Source of the DNA: Octopus bimaculoides
Taxonomy: Eukaryota
NCBI RefSeq assembly: GCF_001194135.2
Contig: NC_068982.1
Coordinates: 30,017,056 to 30,081,055 of the forward strand
Length of the DNA stretch: 64,000 nucleotides
Direction of reading: 5' to 3'
Program-made: the position numbers and the translations under genes
Shown: positions 24,579-36,801 of the stretch, piece after piece
Layout: every line of letters begins with the position of its first letter
Position numbering within the stretch: position 1 is the first letter of the stretch
The notes under the pieces: generated by a model
Databases searched by the model: none
Seen by the model: the letters and a program-made list of their open reading frames with translations, nothing else
Told to the model about the DNA's origin: nothing

Positions 24579-25476
24579 NNNNNNNNNNNNNNNNNNNNNN
24601 NNNNNNNNNNNNNNNNNNNNNNNNNNNNNNNNNNNNNNNNNNNNNNNNNNNNNNNNNNNNNNNNNNNNNNNNNNNNNNNNNNNNNNNNNNNNNNNNNNNN
24701 NNNNNNNNNNNNNNNNNNNNNNNNNNNNNNNNNNNNNNNNNNNNNNNNNNNNNNNNNNNNNNNNNNNNNNNNNNNNNNNNNNNNNNNNNNNNNNNNNNNN
24801 NNNNNNNNNNNNNNNNNNNNNNNNNNNNNNNNNNNNNNNNNNNNNNNNNNNNNNNNNNNNNNNNNNNNNNNNNNNNNNNNNNNNNNNNNNNNNNNNNNNN
24901 NNNNNNNNNNNNNNNNNNNNNNNNNNNNNNNNNNNNNNNNNNNNNNNNNNNNNNNNNNNNNNNNNNNNNNNNNNNNNNNNNNNNNNNNNNNNNNNNNNNN
25001 NNNNNNNNNNNNNNNNNNNNNNNNNNNNNNNNNNNNNNNNNNNNNNNNNNNNNNNNNNNNNNNNNNNNNNNNNNNNNNNNNNNNNNNNNNNNNNNNNNNN
25101 NNNNNNNNNNNNNNNNNNNNNNNNNNNNNNNNNNNNNNNNNNNNNNNNNNNNNNNNNNNNNNNNNNNNNNNNNNNNNNNNNNNNNNNNNNNNNNNNNNNN
25201 NNNNNNNNNNNNNNNNNNNNNNNNNNNNNNNNNNNNNNNNNNNNNNNNNNNNNNNNNNNNNNNNNNNNNNNNNNNNNNNNNNNNNNNNNNNNNNNNNNNN
25301 NNNNNNNNNNNNNNNNNNNNNNNNNNNNNNNNNNNNNNNNNNNNNNNNNNNNNNNNNNNNNNNNNNNNNNNNNNNNNNNNNNNNNNNNNNNNNNNNNNNN
25401 NNNNNNNNNNNNNNNNNNNNNNNNNNNNNNNNNNNNNNNNNNNNNNNNNNNNNNNNNNNNNNNNNNNNNNNNNNNN
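24579..25476. other. Largest assembly gap (898 N)
   Basis: Other gaps: 4820-4874, 6843-7469, 7990-7999, 17001-17241, 19362-19463, 33538-33658, 39089-39098, 41578-41960, 43276-43354, 50279-50462, 52414-52591, 57240-57316, 57860-58368. Confidence 1.
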
Positions 25477-26147
25477 AAAAAAAAAAAAAAAAAAAAAAAA
25501 AAAACGAGGTTAATGGTAAAAAATAAAGAAAACTAAAGAAAAAAGCTTCAAGCTTTAAAAAAAAGCACATTTGAAACAAACCAAAATACTAGAGAGTAGT
25601 ATTGCATAATTTTGTAAGACCATTAGCTCATTTCTGATTTCCTACCATTATTGGAACATAGTTCATTATCTCTTAGTTGTACAGAACTGTAAATGGTAAT
25701 TTGTTCATTACTGGCACTGATGGTCTCTAAATGGATGTAATGAATAAGCTTTGATGATTGTATATTGTCCTAATAATCCTGTCATATCATTGACATTTTA
25801 CTTGCCTCATTTTCTCATTTGAATCTTCGTTTCACTTTTATTAAGAGATCGCATTAGCCTAGGCAGTGAGTTGGCAGAGTTGTTAGAGCATCTGGAAAGA
25901 AAATGCCCTTGCAGTATTTATTTTTAATCCTCTGTGCTCTAAGTTCAAATCCTGCTGAGGCCATATTTGTCTTGTATACTTTCAAGAGTAAAAAAAAAAC
26001 AAAAAAAAAAACTCAAATTTTGCTACTTAGATGATAGTCGTAGGTGCCTTTAGCAGAGTGTGCTCTGTTGTAAGCATTTGGCCAGGTCTCTGGTTTAAGG
26101 ATACCTTCTATCTTATTCCCATCAATCTTGGAGAAGATGATCTAAAC

Positions 26148-26304
26148 CAGTAGTTCTCAACCAGGGTCCATATGGCCCTTATGTTTTAACATTTCTTAAT
26201 ATCTAATAATAAGATTTTTAGAACATGGAATGGTTATGAGGTTCCATCTAAGTAAAATAGGAATCAAAGGGGTCCATAATGCAAAAATTGGTTGAGAACC
26301 ATTG
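26148..26304. mobile_element. hAT-Charlie-type MITE
   Basis: TIRs CAGTAGTTCTCAACC and GGTTGAGAACCATTG; flanks ATCTAAAC/CCCTAAAT. A 3' half of the same family lies at about 53100-53179. Confidence 0.75.
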
Positions 26305-26721
26305 CCCTAAATAGTTATGAGCATTGCCTTCCTTCCAAACTAAAAGATTTAAAAAAAAAACCCAAAAAGCAAGTATTAATGAATTCAAATAATAATTTAA
26401 AATTTTTGCACAAGCCCAGCAATATTCATGGGGAAGGGTGAAGTCAATTATATCACCCCCAGTGTTCAACTGGTACTTATTGCCCTTAAAAAGATGAAAG
26501 GCAAAGCCAGTCTTGGTAGAATTTGAACCCAGAATGTAAACAGTCAGAAGAAATGCTGTTCAGTGTCTTGTTTGGCATAACAATAAAAGACGTAAATTTC
26601 TAATAAAAATATTGTCATACTTATTTTTTTCCCCTTTCCAAAAAATACAATCATTCATGATGTCATAAGAATTCATGAACTTTGGAGAGAATGTGAACTC
26701 ATTTCTCTTTCGGAAAATTGA

Positions 26722-27022
26722 ATCTAGTACTTATTCTATCGGTCTCCTTTGCCGAACCGCTAAGTTACGGGGACGTAAACACACCAGCATCGGTTGTCAA
26801 GTGATGTTGGAGGGACAAACACAGACACACAAAAACACACACACACATATATATACATACGACAGGCTTCTTTCAGTTTCTGTCTACCAAATCTACTCAC
26901 AAGGCTTTGGTCGGCCCGAGGCTATAGTAGAAAACACTTGCACAAGGTGCCATGGAGTGGGACTGAACCCGGAACCATGTGGTTGGTAAGCAAGTTACTT
27001 ACCACACAGCCACTCCTATGCC
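26722..27022 (-). mobile_element. SINE family A, ending 80 nt upstream of the DDX49 exon
   Basis: Near-consensus, 3'-truncated. Confidence 0.85.
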
Positions 27023-27102
27023 TTACTATAGTCTATAGTATATTAATTCATAATTTTTGAAAGTGGGTTTAATATTTTTTTCTTTTGTTTTATTGTTTCC
27101 AG

Positions 27103-27226
27103 GACAAGATTGTCTTGCAAGTGCTAAGACAGGAAGTGGGAAAACTGCAGCTTTTGCCCTGCCCATCCTTCAACTTCTCTCTGAGGATCCATATGGTATA
27201 TTTGCTCTCATTGTGACACCAACACG
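27103..27226 (+). CDS. DDX49: Internal coding exon of DEAD-box RNA helicase DDX49/Dbp8 (motif I to motif Ia), phase 1 to phase 2, 124 nt
   Basis: Acceptor ttttgttttattgtttccAG (27101-02) and donor CG|GTAAGT (27227). Translates to (G)[40 protein letters not shown](R): Walker A AKTGSGKT, motif Ia PTR, and the SEDPYGIF signature of DDX49/Dbp8. Confidence 0.92.
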
Positions 27227-27284
27227 GTAAGTAGTCTGAACTCAGTCTTTTTTGTATCTTTCGGATAAAGTAATTGATAATGTT

Positions 27285-27530
27285 GATGATAATGACGATC
27301 ATTTGTCTGTTTTCCATGCTGGCATGGGTTGGACAGTTTGATAGTTGCTGGCAAGCTGGAGAGCTGCACCAATCCTCAATTGTCTGTTTTGGCATGGTTT
27401 CTACAGCTGTAATCCCTTCCTAATGCCAACCACTTAATAACATGTACTGGGTGATTTTTACATGGCACCAGCACCAATGCTTTATATGCCGGCACCAGCA
27501 TGGGACTAGTGTGGGTGCCTTTTATGCGAT
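27285..27530 (-). mobile_element. SINE family D, starting about 60 nt downstream of the DDX49 exon
   Basis: Reverse complement of the family-D tail. Other D copies at about 16720-16850, 30245-30422, 39270-39420, 40660-40865 and 49485-49660. Confidence 0.8.
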
Positions 27531-27957
27531 CTCTTTAATTAATCTCTTCCTGAAATCTTATTTATTTTCTATGAAAGTAATTCCAAACACTTGAGGTGCC
27601 AAAAGAATCCTTTGCAGTCATTATCCACAATGCTATGTACAAGTATCTTTTTTACATAGAATTAATTATCAGTTATTCATAGTTTACCCTCGTTTCTTCT
27701 TAGTTATTGCTTTTAGGCCCTTTTATTGCTGTATTTCTAATGAAAATATATCTCCCTCTGCTATGCCTTTCATTTTTGAAGCAAATTATGAATTGAGACT
27801 AGTTTTGTAAACCAACTACAACTTTGTGTTTTATTAACACACAGATTGTACAAAACAGATCTGTACGGCACTGCATCTGTCTGTCAGTACTATACCACTT
27901 GAAGCAGCATGAAATGATCCCCCATCCCACTTCTCTTGTTTATAATTGTTATAATCA

Positions 27958-28333
27958 CTCTTTTACTCTTTTACTTGTTTCAGTCATTTTCTTTGTAAGC
28001 CTAGTACTTATTCTAATCGGTCTCTTTTTGCCGAACCGCTAAGTTACGGGGATGTAAACACACCAGCATCGGTTGTCAAGCGATGTTCGGGGGACAAACA
28101 CAGACACACAAACACACACACACAAACACAGACACAAACACAGACACACAAACACACACATACACACACATATATATACATATATACGACGGGCTTCTTT
28201 CAGTTTCCGTCTACCAAATCCACTCACAAGGCTTTGGTCGGCCTGAGGCTATAGTAGAAGACACTTGCCCAAGGTGCCATGCAGTGGGACTGAACCCGGA
28301 ACCATGTGGTTGGTAAGCAAGCTACTTACCACA
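27958..28333 (-). mobile_element. SINE family A
   Basis: Near-consensus copy. Confidence 0.88.
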
Positions 28334-28423
28334 ATCTAAGAGAGGAACCTCTCTCTCTGTCATTTATTTACATTCTGTAATACTTACTGTTAATACCAAC
28401 CTATAGTGTTTTGAATTTTCGCA

Positions 28424-28856
28424 ATGTCTTCCAGAGCTTTTGGAAGGAACTTTCTTTGAAAATTAGCTGCTAATTGTTCGATGAGTGATGACTTATTCAA
28501 TGATTTAATTAAATAAATTAATGGCAGATAATGCTTTGGAAATGACAATTATAACAATATACCTCTTTCTTCTCTACACACTTCGATGTTTGACTTTTCC
28601 TCAAGTGATTTGGAGGAAATATTACCCGAAGAATGGTCAGACACCAAGCCTTTTGAAAGTGTTGGCTCAAAAATACTTTTATGGAACCTGTGTTACCAAC
28701 TTTTACCATTAAATTTTAAGCAGTACAATCACCCAACACCCTGTTAATTTGTATGCAGAATGAATGAAAGCTATCAACTTTGTTCCTACATGTTTTGATG
28801 AAATTTATACACACCTAGGTATGTTATTTCTGACGAGTTTAACACCTCATCTGTAA
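28424..28856 (+). pseudogene. Decayed piggyBac-like transposase 5' region
   Basis: Acidic SDDLFNDL...NNIPLSSL...SSSDLEEILPEEWSDTKPF in one frame with stops, then VNLYAE*...FVPTCFDEIYTHLGMLFL, resembling piggyBac TNxYA and T..EI..FLG motifs. Confidence 0.55.
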
Positions 28857-29039
28857 ATTTAATGAATAAGCTGCAAAATGGTTAAGGATATCCGTTTATT
28901 TTGTTTGTAATGTTTGTCTATGCTTGTTTAATTTGCATATAATTTATTACAAGCATTTTCCTTTTCACTATCTCTTTTAAGTGTATCTGTTTTTTATTTA
29001 TACAGGTGTAATTAACAATTATACCTGTATAACTTTAAG

Positions 29040-29871
29040 TTTAGCACAAATGAGTACTTGGGTTAAAAAACAAAAAAAAACAAAAAAATGAAAAACACCT
29101 TTCTGCAGTGCTGCCAATTTTGACTAACCTGACCACAAGTAAACACACCATAGACATTTAACCTTCTATTTGCTGTTGCCGCAATTTGTCACCCACAAGT
29201 TTTCTCCCCTGTTGCTAGCTGCAAGTGCATTTTGTCACCTTGAGGAGGGTACTTAAAATAAAACACATTGCTACCTTTATTTCCAGTACTTAAATGTATA
29301 AACAGGCTACTTTCGATTCAGAACGACGCTAAACTTTTGTTTTCTAACACCATTTTCCTTGTTTATATACTACACACAAGGTCATTAAGCTTTGAAATCA
29401 AACTTAGTTTTTGGGATTTTATACCAAACAAAAATGGTTGCTCCTGCATTTGAAACTTTTCTGGAAATAATCTTGTTTGATTTGAACTCAGATGATGATT
29501 TTTTACTCAGACAGAGATCAAGGGTAAAATTATTCGAAGTGATAATGAAGACATAGACTGTGCTTGCAATTTATATTGAGAATGATGTACGGAGTGAATA
29601 CTATCATCTGTGGTTGGCTGATTTAAGAAAAGTACTGGCCCCACAGAGGTACATTTCTGAGGGGCAACTCTTTTATCTACTCTTTAATGCATTACATAAA
29701 AATATTATTCATCCATTCCTTTATTAGTTTACAAAAAAATCAAGTCTGTCCACTCAATATAATGAAAGTTATAACAATTTTAAAACAGTAGGTGCTCATG
29801 TCTTTTGTTCCCTCAAAAATAATGCAGTGGCAGGGGCAACTTTTCTAGGGGCAAAATCAGTGTGCTAAAGG
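29040..29871 (+). mobile_element. Non-autonomous piggyBac-like element
   Basis: Right end GTGCTAAAGG|TTAA, left TTAA|GTTTAGCAC, three AGGGGCAA subterminal repeats, acidic relic DLNSDDDF...RSDNEDID. Confidence 0.45.
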
Positions 29872-29995
29872 TTAAATAAACAAACCTTATTTTTGGTATT
29901 TTCTGTTCTGTCATTATTGTATTCAACTTTTGACTTGTCATCATTGTTTGTATCTCAAAGCAATTCTGATGGAGAGTACAGATAAAATCAGTTAA

Positions 29996-30210
29996 CCCTT
30001 TAACATTTGGGCCAGATCTGGCCCAAATATTCTATCTATTTTTTGTCCAAACTGGCCATATCCAGCCTCTCACACCTACCCTACATTGTCATTCTAAAGA
30101 TAAACAATCTTACCATTGAAAATCTCAAAGCTATGAGATAATACATGATTAATTGAAAACAATGTGAATAAATAAGCATTACATATGACAGTAACGCTAA
30201 TGTTAAAGGG
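29996..30210 (-). mobile_element. TTAA MITE family 1
   Basis: TTAA|CCCTTTAACATT...AATGTTAAAGGG|TTAA. Confidence 0.8.
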
Positions 30211-30820
30211 TTAAAAATAAGGCATCTAATTTTTCTTTCACATGAAAAGAAGCACCCAGTATATGCTGCAAAGTAATTTGTGTTAGGAAGGGCATCCAAC
30301 CATAAACCATGTCATTGCTGACATTGTAGTTTGATACGGTACTGGGGCTCACTAATTCTTGTCAAAATGTCTAACTCATGCTATCATAGAAAACAGACTT
30401 TAAATGATGGTGATGATGATGAGTTAATAAACTCTCTGAATGTCTATTATTATATTTCTGGTAAAGAAGAGCTCTAATATCATCCCATTTGTTCATTTTG
30501 TTTTAGCATTTGTACAATTTCTCTTTTTACACTTTATCTAATGATTCTAGTTTTCAACTAACAGATTTAGATATTTTCACACTTCAGCATTTTAGCTTAA
30601 CAGGCAAATTAATGATTATTAATGGAACAAGATGTGATTTGAAGATTATCTTACCAAATATATGTAGTTTCAGAGGCTTAGAAACAAAAACTTTCTTCAA
30701 TTCTTAAAACCAATTCACAACTGATCTGTCTCGTGTGACATAAAACTTATCTTTTTTTAAAACATTTCATGAGTCTTTTTTTAGTTGGCTTGATATTTTA
30801 TTCTTTGTTGCTATTTTTAA

Positions 30821-32743
30821 GCCATTAGCATTTAAGACCAGCCATATCAGGCTAAAATATTCTACCTGTTTAATGTTCAAACAGACTAGAAGCAGCCTCT
30901 CTCACCTATCTTACAATATCATTCTAAAAATAATCACATCGTTAAAACTACAAGATAATGCAAAGTACAGTAAAACCCCATTTAATTTATGCACTTTTTT
31001 TTGCAAAAGCAAAAATAAACTTTAGGTGGTGCAAGAATTACATGAGTAGATCGTATCCAGAATTTTGTTTTGAAAAATGACATACAGGAAGTCGACTCAT
31101 TTAATGGCAGAATAGGTTTTTACAGAAAAAATATAATGAAGTTGACTTTTATTTATGCTGGATGGTATAACGCTTACTTTTTCTGTATAAATTTACTAAA
31201 ACCATTAAATGGTTAACTACTTTTTGAAGTTTGATGTTCATGCTGGTAATCACAGTCTGGGCCATATTTTACATTGCTTGGAGTTTCTACCTATTGCAAT
31301 GGAGCCCAGCAATTTCCTTAAATGGACCAGTTTTTCTCCACTTAGTGAGTCTAGATTGCGTTTGCACCAGGAAGCTGTTTGCTCACTTTCTCCACATTAC
31401 AACACAATGAAATTCCTCACCACCAGTATCACCACTATCAGCTCTTACTGCATCTAATGTCGATGACAACATCATAATTCATCCTTACGCATGTAAATTC
31501 ACTAAGTGAATATGACTTAGTGTTCCTACAGAAACCATCATTTACCTTATACGATGTTTAATGATATTTCACATTCATGTTGAATTATACAGCAATCTTA
31601 TATTCTCTTCATAGAACACTTGTAAAGTATGTATTACCAGTTCTTTTGGTATAGTAGATTTTTGCTATCCTTGTTTATGTCTCCTCACAGATGTGTATAT
31701 TCTAACAAGTTGCTTAAATTTTGCACGTTTCTTGTTCAATAAACACTGAGTTGAACTTGCAAAGCTGTTTATTTTCTCCTTTCGATTTTTAATGTTTAAT
31801 TTAGTGGGTTACCAAACTATCAGTTTGGTCTCCTGGCTAAAACAGTAATGACAAATTTTTAAGTTTGCTTGACATTTTATAAGTGTGAAGGGGATTAAAA
31901 TTGTGATACTCTGTATCAAAGGTTCTGACAAGAATAGGTAGAAAATCAGAGCTCGAGGCAAGAAGACACTTTTGACCAATCAGAATTCTGTTTACACAAT
32001 CAGTTTGATCAGTTACCTTCCTCTGTCGATTCAGTAAAGTGTCATCCAAGCTGATGCTTATTGGTAATTAAAACTTATTTTGCAACACTTGTGCGTATTT
32101 ATCAGCTTTGTTTTTGTTGATAAGAATTATCAACAACTTTTCCTGTGATCATGATTTGAGAAGACACACAGCAGTATGCTAAAGATCGGACATAATCTCT
32201 TGTGGGCAAGAAATGTAAAATAAAGTTTATTATAAACAACACAAACATTTCGTAATTTAATAGCTTTCAATGTGATGCCTGTTAAACAAAAATTATTTTT
32301 ATTTAGTGAAAATTTAATAAAATCTAATCATAAGTAAGTGAAATTATGCTTAATACAACTAAATTGAAAACCTTTTCCTCCTGGCCATATCAGCAATTCT
32401 GAAAACTTTTGGGTGCAAATTTTACATGAATAGAAGCTTTTTTAAACAAATTTTATCCTGAAAAATCGCCTGTGTAAATTACATGAGTTTTTACGGTAAT
32501 GTGAATAGATAAGCATTATATTTGACTGGTTAATCTGACTGCTATTCAGATGACTGTCAAATATAATGCTTATTTCTTTAAAATTGTTTAGAATTAATCA
32601 TAACCTATCTGGTACTTTCAAGATTTTGATGATGTGATTGTTTATTTTTTGAATGGCATTGTAGGGTAGGTGTGAGAGGCCAGGTCTGAACATAAAACAG
32701 GTAGAATATTTGACCAAATGTGATCAGTTTAAATGCTAAAGGG
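30821..32743. mobile_element. Two family-1 MITEs in inverted orientation (30821-32544 split by the pogo element; 32545-32743)
   Basis: Halves rejoin across the pogo element; fused junction gcta|ttcag at 32544/5. Confidence 0.65.
30968..32496 (-). mobile_element. pogo/Tigger-like Tc1/mariner element, internally deleted (1529 bp)
   Basis: TA on both flanks; TIRs CAGTAAAACCCCATTTAATTTATGCAC and CCGTAAAAACTCATGTAATTTACACAG (20/27 identical); acidic tail DSGDTGGEEFH on the minus strand at 31407-31439. Confidence 0.7.
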
Positions 32744-33329
32744 TTAAAGAAATATTGTAGTTTCTTAGTATGAAACCATCATAGGTGGATGTCATGTTTA
32801 TTTTAAAAGTGAAGGTGTTAGGGTTAAAAGGGAAGCTGTTAGGTGAAGTGTGAAATTAGTCTAACACACCTTTTCTTTTGTTTACATTTTGCTTGGAGAT
32901 AAGTTTCTGCCATTATTATGTGGAACACTTCAATTGGAATAACCAATAACAAACAGTCAATGGATTTTGAGTCAGACAGGATGAATGATTGGGTTTGGGT
33001 TCTTACCAAAATTTTGGAAGAGAAATATTTTATAAGTTTCCATTTCATTCTCTTTCTTGAAAAAATTGCTTTCACTATCATATTGCTGTCTGACTTGTTT
33101 ACATTATTGGAAATCGAAGCATTTGGTTCAAGCCTCACTACATATTTATACTTGTCTCATAATTTTTTATTTGCTGCATTTGAAAATCAGTCGAATTCAG
33201 AATGATTTCTCAATATTTTCGAATCTGAAGGTTTTTATTTTTTAAATTTTTATTTAATATAGATTTCAAAAATAGTAGAATTTTATACAAAATAAGAAAA
33301 AGAAAGGAAAAATTATCCAAAATATTATG

Positions 33330-33990
33330 AGGATTCAAAATTCCACATTAGATGGAGTCACAATTTTCTGTTAACTTCACTCAGTTTATGATATCATTTT
33401 GATATAAATATAGAATGGTAGATATAAGGAGTTTTCGATGCTCTGCTAACATATATTCACAAGAAGTTCTGGGTGTTTTGGTAAAAGTTTTTCTCATTCT
33501 TTTTTTTCTTTTGGAACATGATTGGATCTTTTTTAAANNNNNNNNNNNNNNNNNNNNNNNNNNNNNNNNNNNNNNNNNNNNNNNNNNNNNNNNNNNNNNN
33601 NNNNNNNNNNNNNNNNNNNNNNNNNNNNNNNNNNNNNNNNNNNNNNNNNNNNNNNNNNTATCGGTGATAGGGTTAGGGTTAGGGTAAAACAGCAAATTTA
33701 AAAAGAAAAAAGCAAATAAAACGAAGAAAAAAAAAGAAAATGAAAAAAGCAAATTTAAAATGAAAAAAGCGAATAAAACGAAGCTATGGCTTAATCAGCC
33801 AAAGGAGTAAATGTAAACAACTGAATACTTGTCAGTGATTAGTTGAAATTATCGAAATAAGACAATTTTTTACATGAAATAAATTCGAATACAAAAATAT
33901 TTTTCTGTTCTATAACACAAAATAGATAAGTATATGAAGTTTGAAAGTCTTTCGGTACCAAAAACACTACGTTAAACATAAATGAAAAAT
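33330..33990. repeat. Unclassified repeat-like segment spanning a gap, containing GGGTTAGGGTTAGGG
   Basis: TTAGGG units at about 33670-33684; class not determinable. Confidence 0.3.
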
Positions 33991-34524
33991 GTGGCCCCCA
34001 TTTTAAAAAAGATCCACATCATTCTGTCTGCACTTACACTAAAGTTCTTCACTAACTCTTCAGTACCATTTGGTTCTGAGTTCAAACCTTATTTCTGATC
34101 TTAGGAGTTGTAATAATAAAGTTTATTTTAATCTAACAGCAAGTATTAATTTATGTTCTGCCCTGTTATGTCTTCTAAGTTACTAGTTCAGCAAATAAAG
34201 GTTGATCAAATAAGTACAAGACAGAAATAAGTAGTGGAGTTGATAAAAACAATTAAAACTTTTGATAGCTGTGGTTCTTTCCCACCAATGAAGGCCCCTG
34301 TCCAATAACCAGCTACAGGCATTGTTGTGCAGTTAAGAAATCTGCACTTTTAGCTTTGATCTCACTGTGCAGCACTTTAGGCTGGTATCTTCTACTTCAG
34401 CCTTTGGTCGACCAGTTATTATCTTGTAGCTAATCAATTGCTTTTGAGTTACTGAAGCAGTATTCTAGAGCTGTCCATCTTGTTTTTCATGTAAGGTATT
34501 TTTTTTACACCCCACATTGAAACC

Positions 34525-34810
34525 TCTTTTATCTTTTACTTGTTCCAGTCATTAGACTGCAGCCATGCTGGGAGACACTAAAGGGTTCTCTCCATTACTT
34601 CTTTTTTTTTTTTAAGTCTGATACTTATTCTCTTGGCCTCTTTTGCCAAGCAATTAAGTTATGGAGATGTAAACAAACCAGCATCGGTTGTCAAGTAGTG
34701 ATGGACAGAAACACACACACACATATATTTATATATGCATGATGGTTGGGACTGAACCTGGAATCATGTGGTTGGCTAGCAAATTGCTTACCACACGACC
34801 ACACCTGTAC
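34525..34810 (-). mobile_element. SINE family A, internally deleted
   Basis: Both ends present. Confidence 0.7.
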
Positions 34811-35548
34811 CCATAATGTTTATGGGGAGAGTTGGTGCATAAACAAGTGTATCTGCCACTCAAGTGGGGTCATTTTGTGGACATATGGTGAGGAACACTC
34901 ACAGACGCATATGCACTTATACACATACGTATGCACCAAATACGCACATGCACACCAAATGTATATATATGAGGACATACTGAAAAGCTTCTGACTCTCA
35001 GGGTATCACGAAAGGCCTGGTTGGTGGCCCAACCTTCTGAGTTCTTTTACTGGGCTTAGAAAAAATGACGGGCTGCTACCATAAGTGTGTGAATCTGAGA
35101 GGGGAATATGTTGGATAAGATCATAATTAATTGATCCTCTTGTATTTTCTTTTACCCAAAACTAGGAATGTTTAAGCACCCCTTGTATATACTATCAACC
35201 GCATGGCCAAAATGTGCTAAACATTTTACAGTTCTAACAAATAAGATCCATGTATTTAATGACATCCATGTCTGCATTCTTGTGTGCCTGTGCAGCTATG
35301 TGTGCATACATGTGTACATGCATACAAGCCTACATTGTTGATGCTGTCAAAATTCGAATGAAAGAGCCATGGAGAAAAAGCTAGTTTCTAAGTTAGAAAC
35401 TGGTTCTTTCTTCACTTGTAAGAAAAATTTGTAGAACAATATCAGTGAAACATTGCTGTTGACATACATGCTTTTATACATACGTGCATATATGTAAGCA
35501 AACATAGGTACATACATATGTGTATATATGCATCCATGCATGCATATA

Positions 35549-35595
<47 letters not shown>

Positions 35596-36469
35596 GTGTG
35601 CATTCTTGCATATAAACATGTATATGATGCCTTCCATACAATTTCTGCATACCAAATTTCACACACAAGGCATCGGTCAGCTCAAGACTTATAGTAAAAG
35701 ACACTTACTCTCAGTGCCATGCTCTGGGATACAACCTGAAATCATGTAAATTGCAAGACAAATGTCTTAATCACACAGCCACTGTATATTTGTGTTTGTA
35801 TTCATGACTACAGTCTAGAACTGGTATTATGACTGGGTCCCTATATGTCTTGCAACCTAGTGGTTTGACAAATAGAGATAGATGTAAGTTCTGGGGTTAA
35901 TGTGATCATCTAAAATTCTTGAAAGCAGTGCTCTACTATGGCTGCAGTCCAATAATTGAAACAAGATTCCAATCAATAAAGGAAGTAACAGAATTCTTCA
36001 GAAAGAAGTTTGCGTCTAGTTTTTAAAACCTTATCTATTCCGCCTTAGGCATTTTGCTTCACCAGTTTCTTTTTTTTTTTTCATTTACCTTTTTGGTTAA
36101 ATTTGTCTATTTTCAGTTTTTGAGGGATATTAATCTGTTAATCTGGGTTTCTTTTTTTTTTATGTTGTTGCATTTTACTGTTGAATATACCTGATTGGAT
36201 TTGGATTTCATGAAAAAAAAAAAAAAATTACTAAACATGCAAAACAATTATTAAGTGCTACAATTGCTTAAAGTTAGAAAAGGGTTCTATAACCCAATCC
36301 TCCTTGTATTTCCACTTTATACAAACTTTCTGGTAATTTAAAATGTAGTAGAACTGTTTCGGGTTTGTTCTGTATGCAAATGCACAAGAACTAGGATACT
36401 TTGCTAAAAGTTGGTATCCTCCTGCGATCAAACCTAGGCCTTGTGCCTTAACTACCTGACCTATCTCAC

Positions 36470-36512
36470 CTTCGCTTTTAGACCCTGAAACATTAACTAA
36501 CTCTCCTCTTTC
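36470..36512 (-). other. Candidate 43-nt exon (ERGELVNVSGSKSE)
   Basis: tttgtttcctaaAG acceptor and AAG|GTGAGA donor; only one frame open. Confidence 0.22.
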
Positions 36513-36762
36513 CTTTAGGAAACAAACCATGCACTCACTCTCTCTTTCTGTGTGTCTGTATGTCTCTGCCTCTCTATCTCTCTCTCTTTCCATGTCTCAA
36601 ACCAGTGAAATGTTTACAAGTAAAATGATAGATTTCTTGCTTCCAATTTCTTTCTCTTTTTTTTTTGTTCTTTTGACATAAAATCTGTGAATACAAAAAA
36701 ACCCAAAAAACAAAAAAACCTTCTTCCATGATTTTCTTTCCTTCATAATATTACATTTCATT

Positions 36763-36801
<39 letters not shown>

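Noticed and set aside
33669-33685. TTAGGG repeats as a true telomere
   Set aside because: Only about 2.5 units, interstitial and next to a gap.
34824-34887. GESWCINKCICHSSGVILWTY, pacifastin/VWC-like spacing with a GTGAGG donor
   Set aside because: No 3' splice site (it abuts a SINE end), spacing is off by one and the last Cys is missing.
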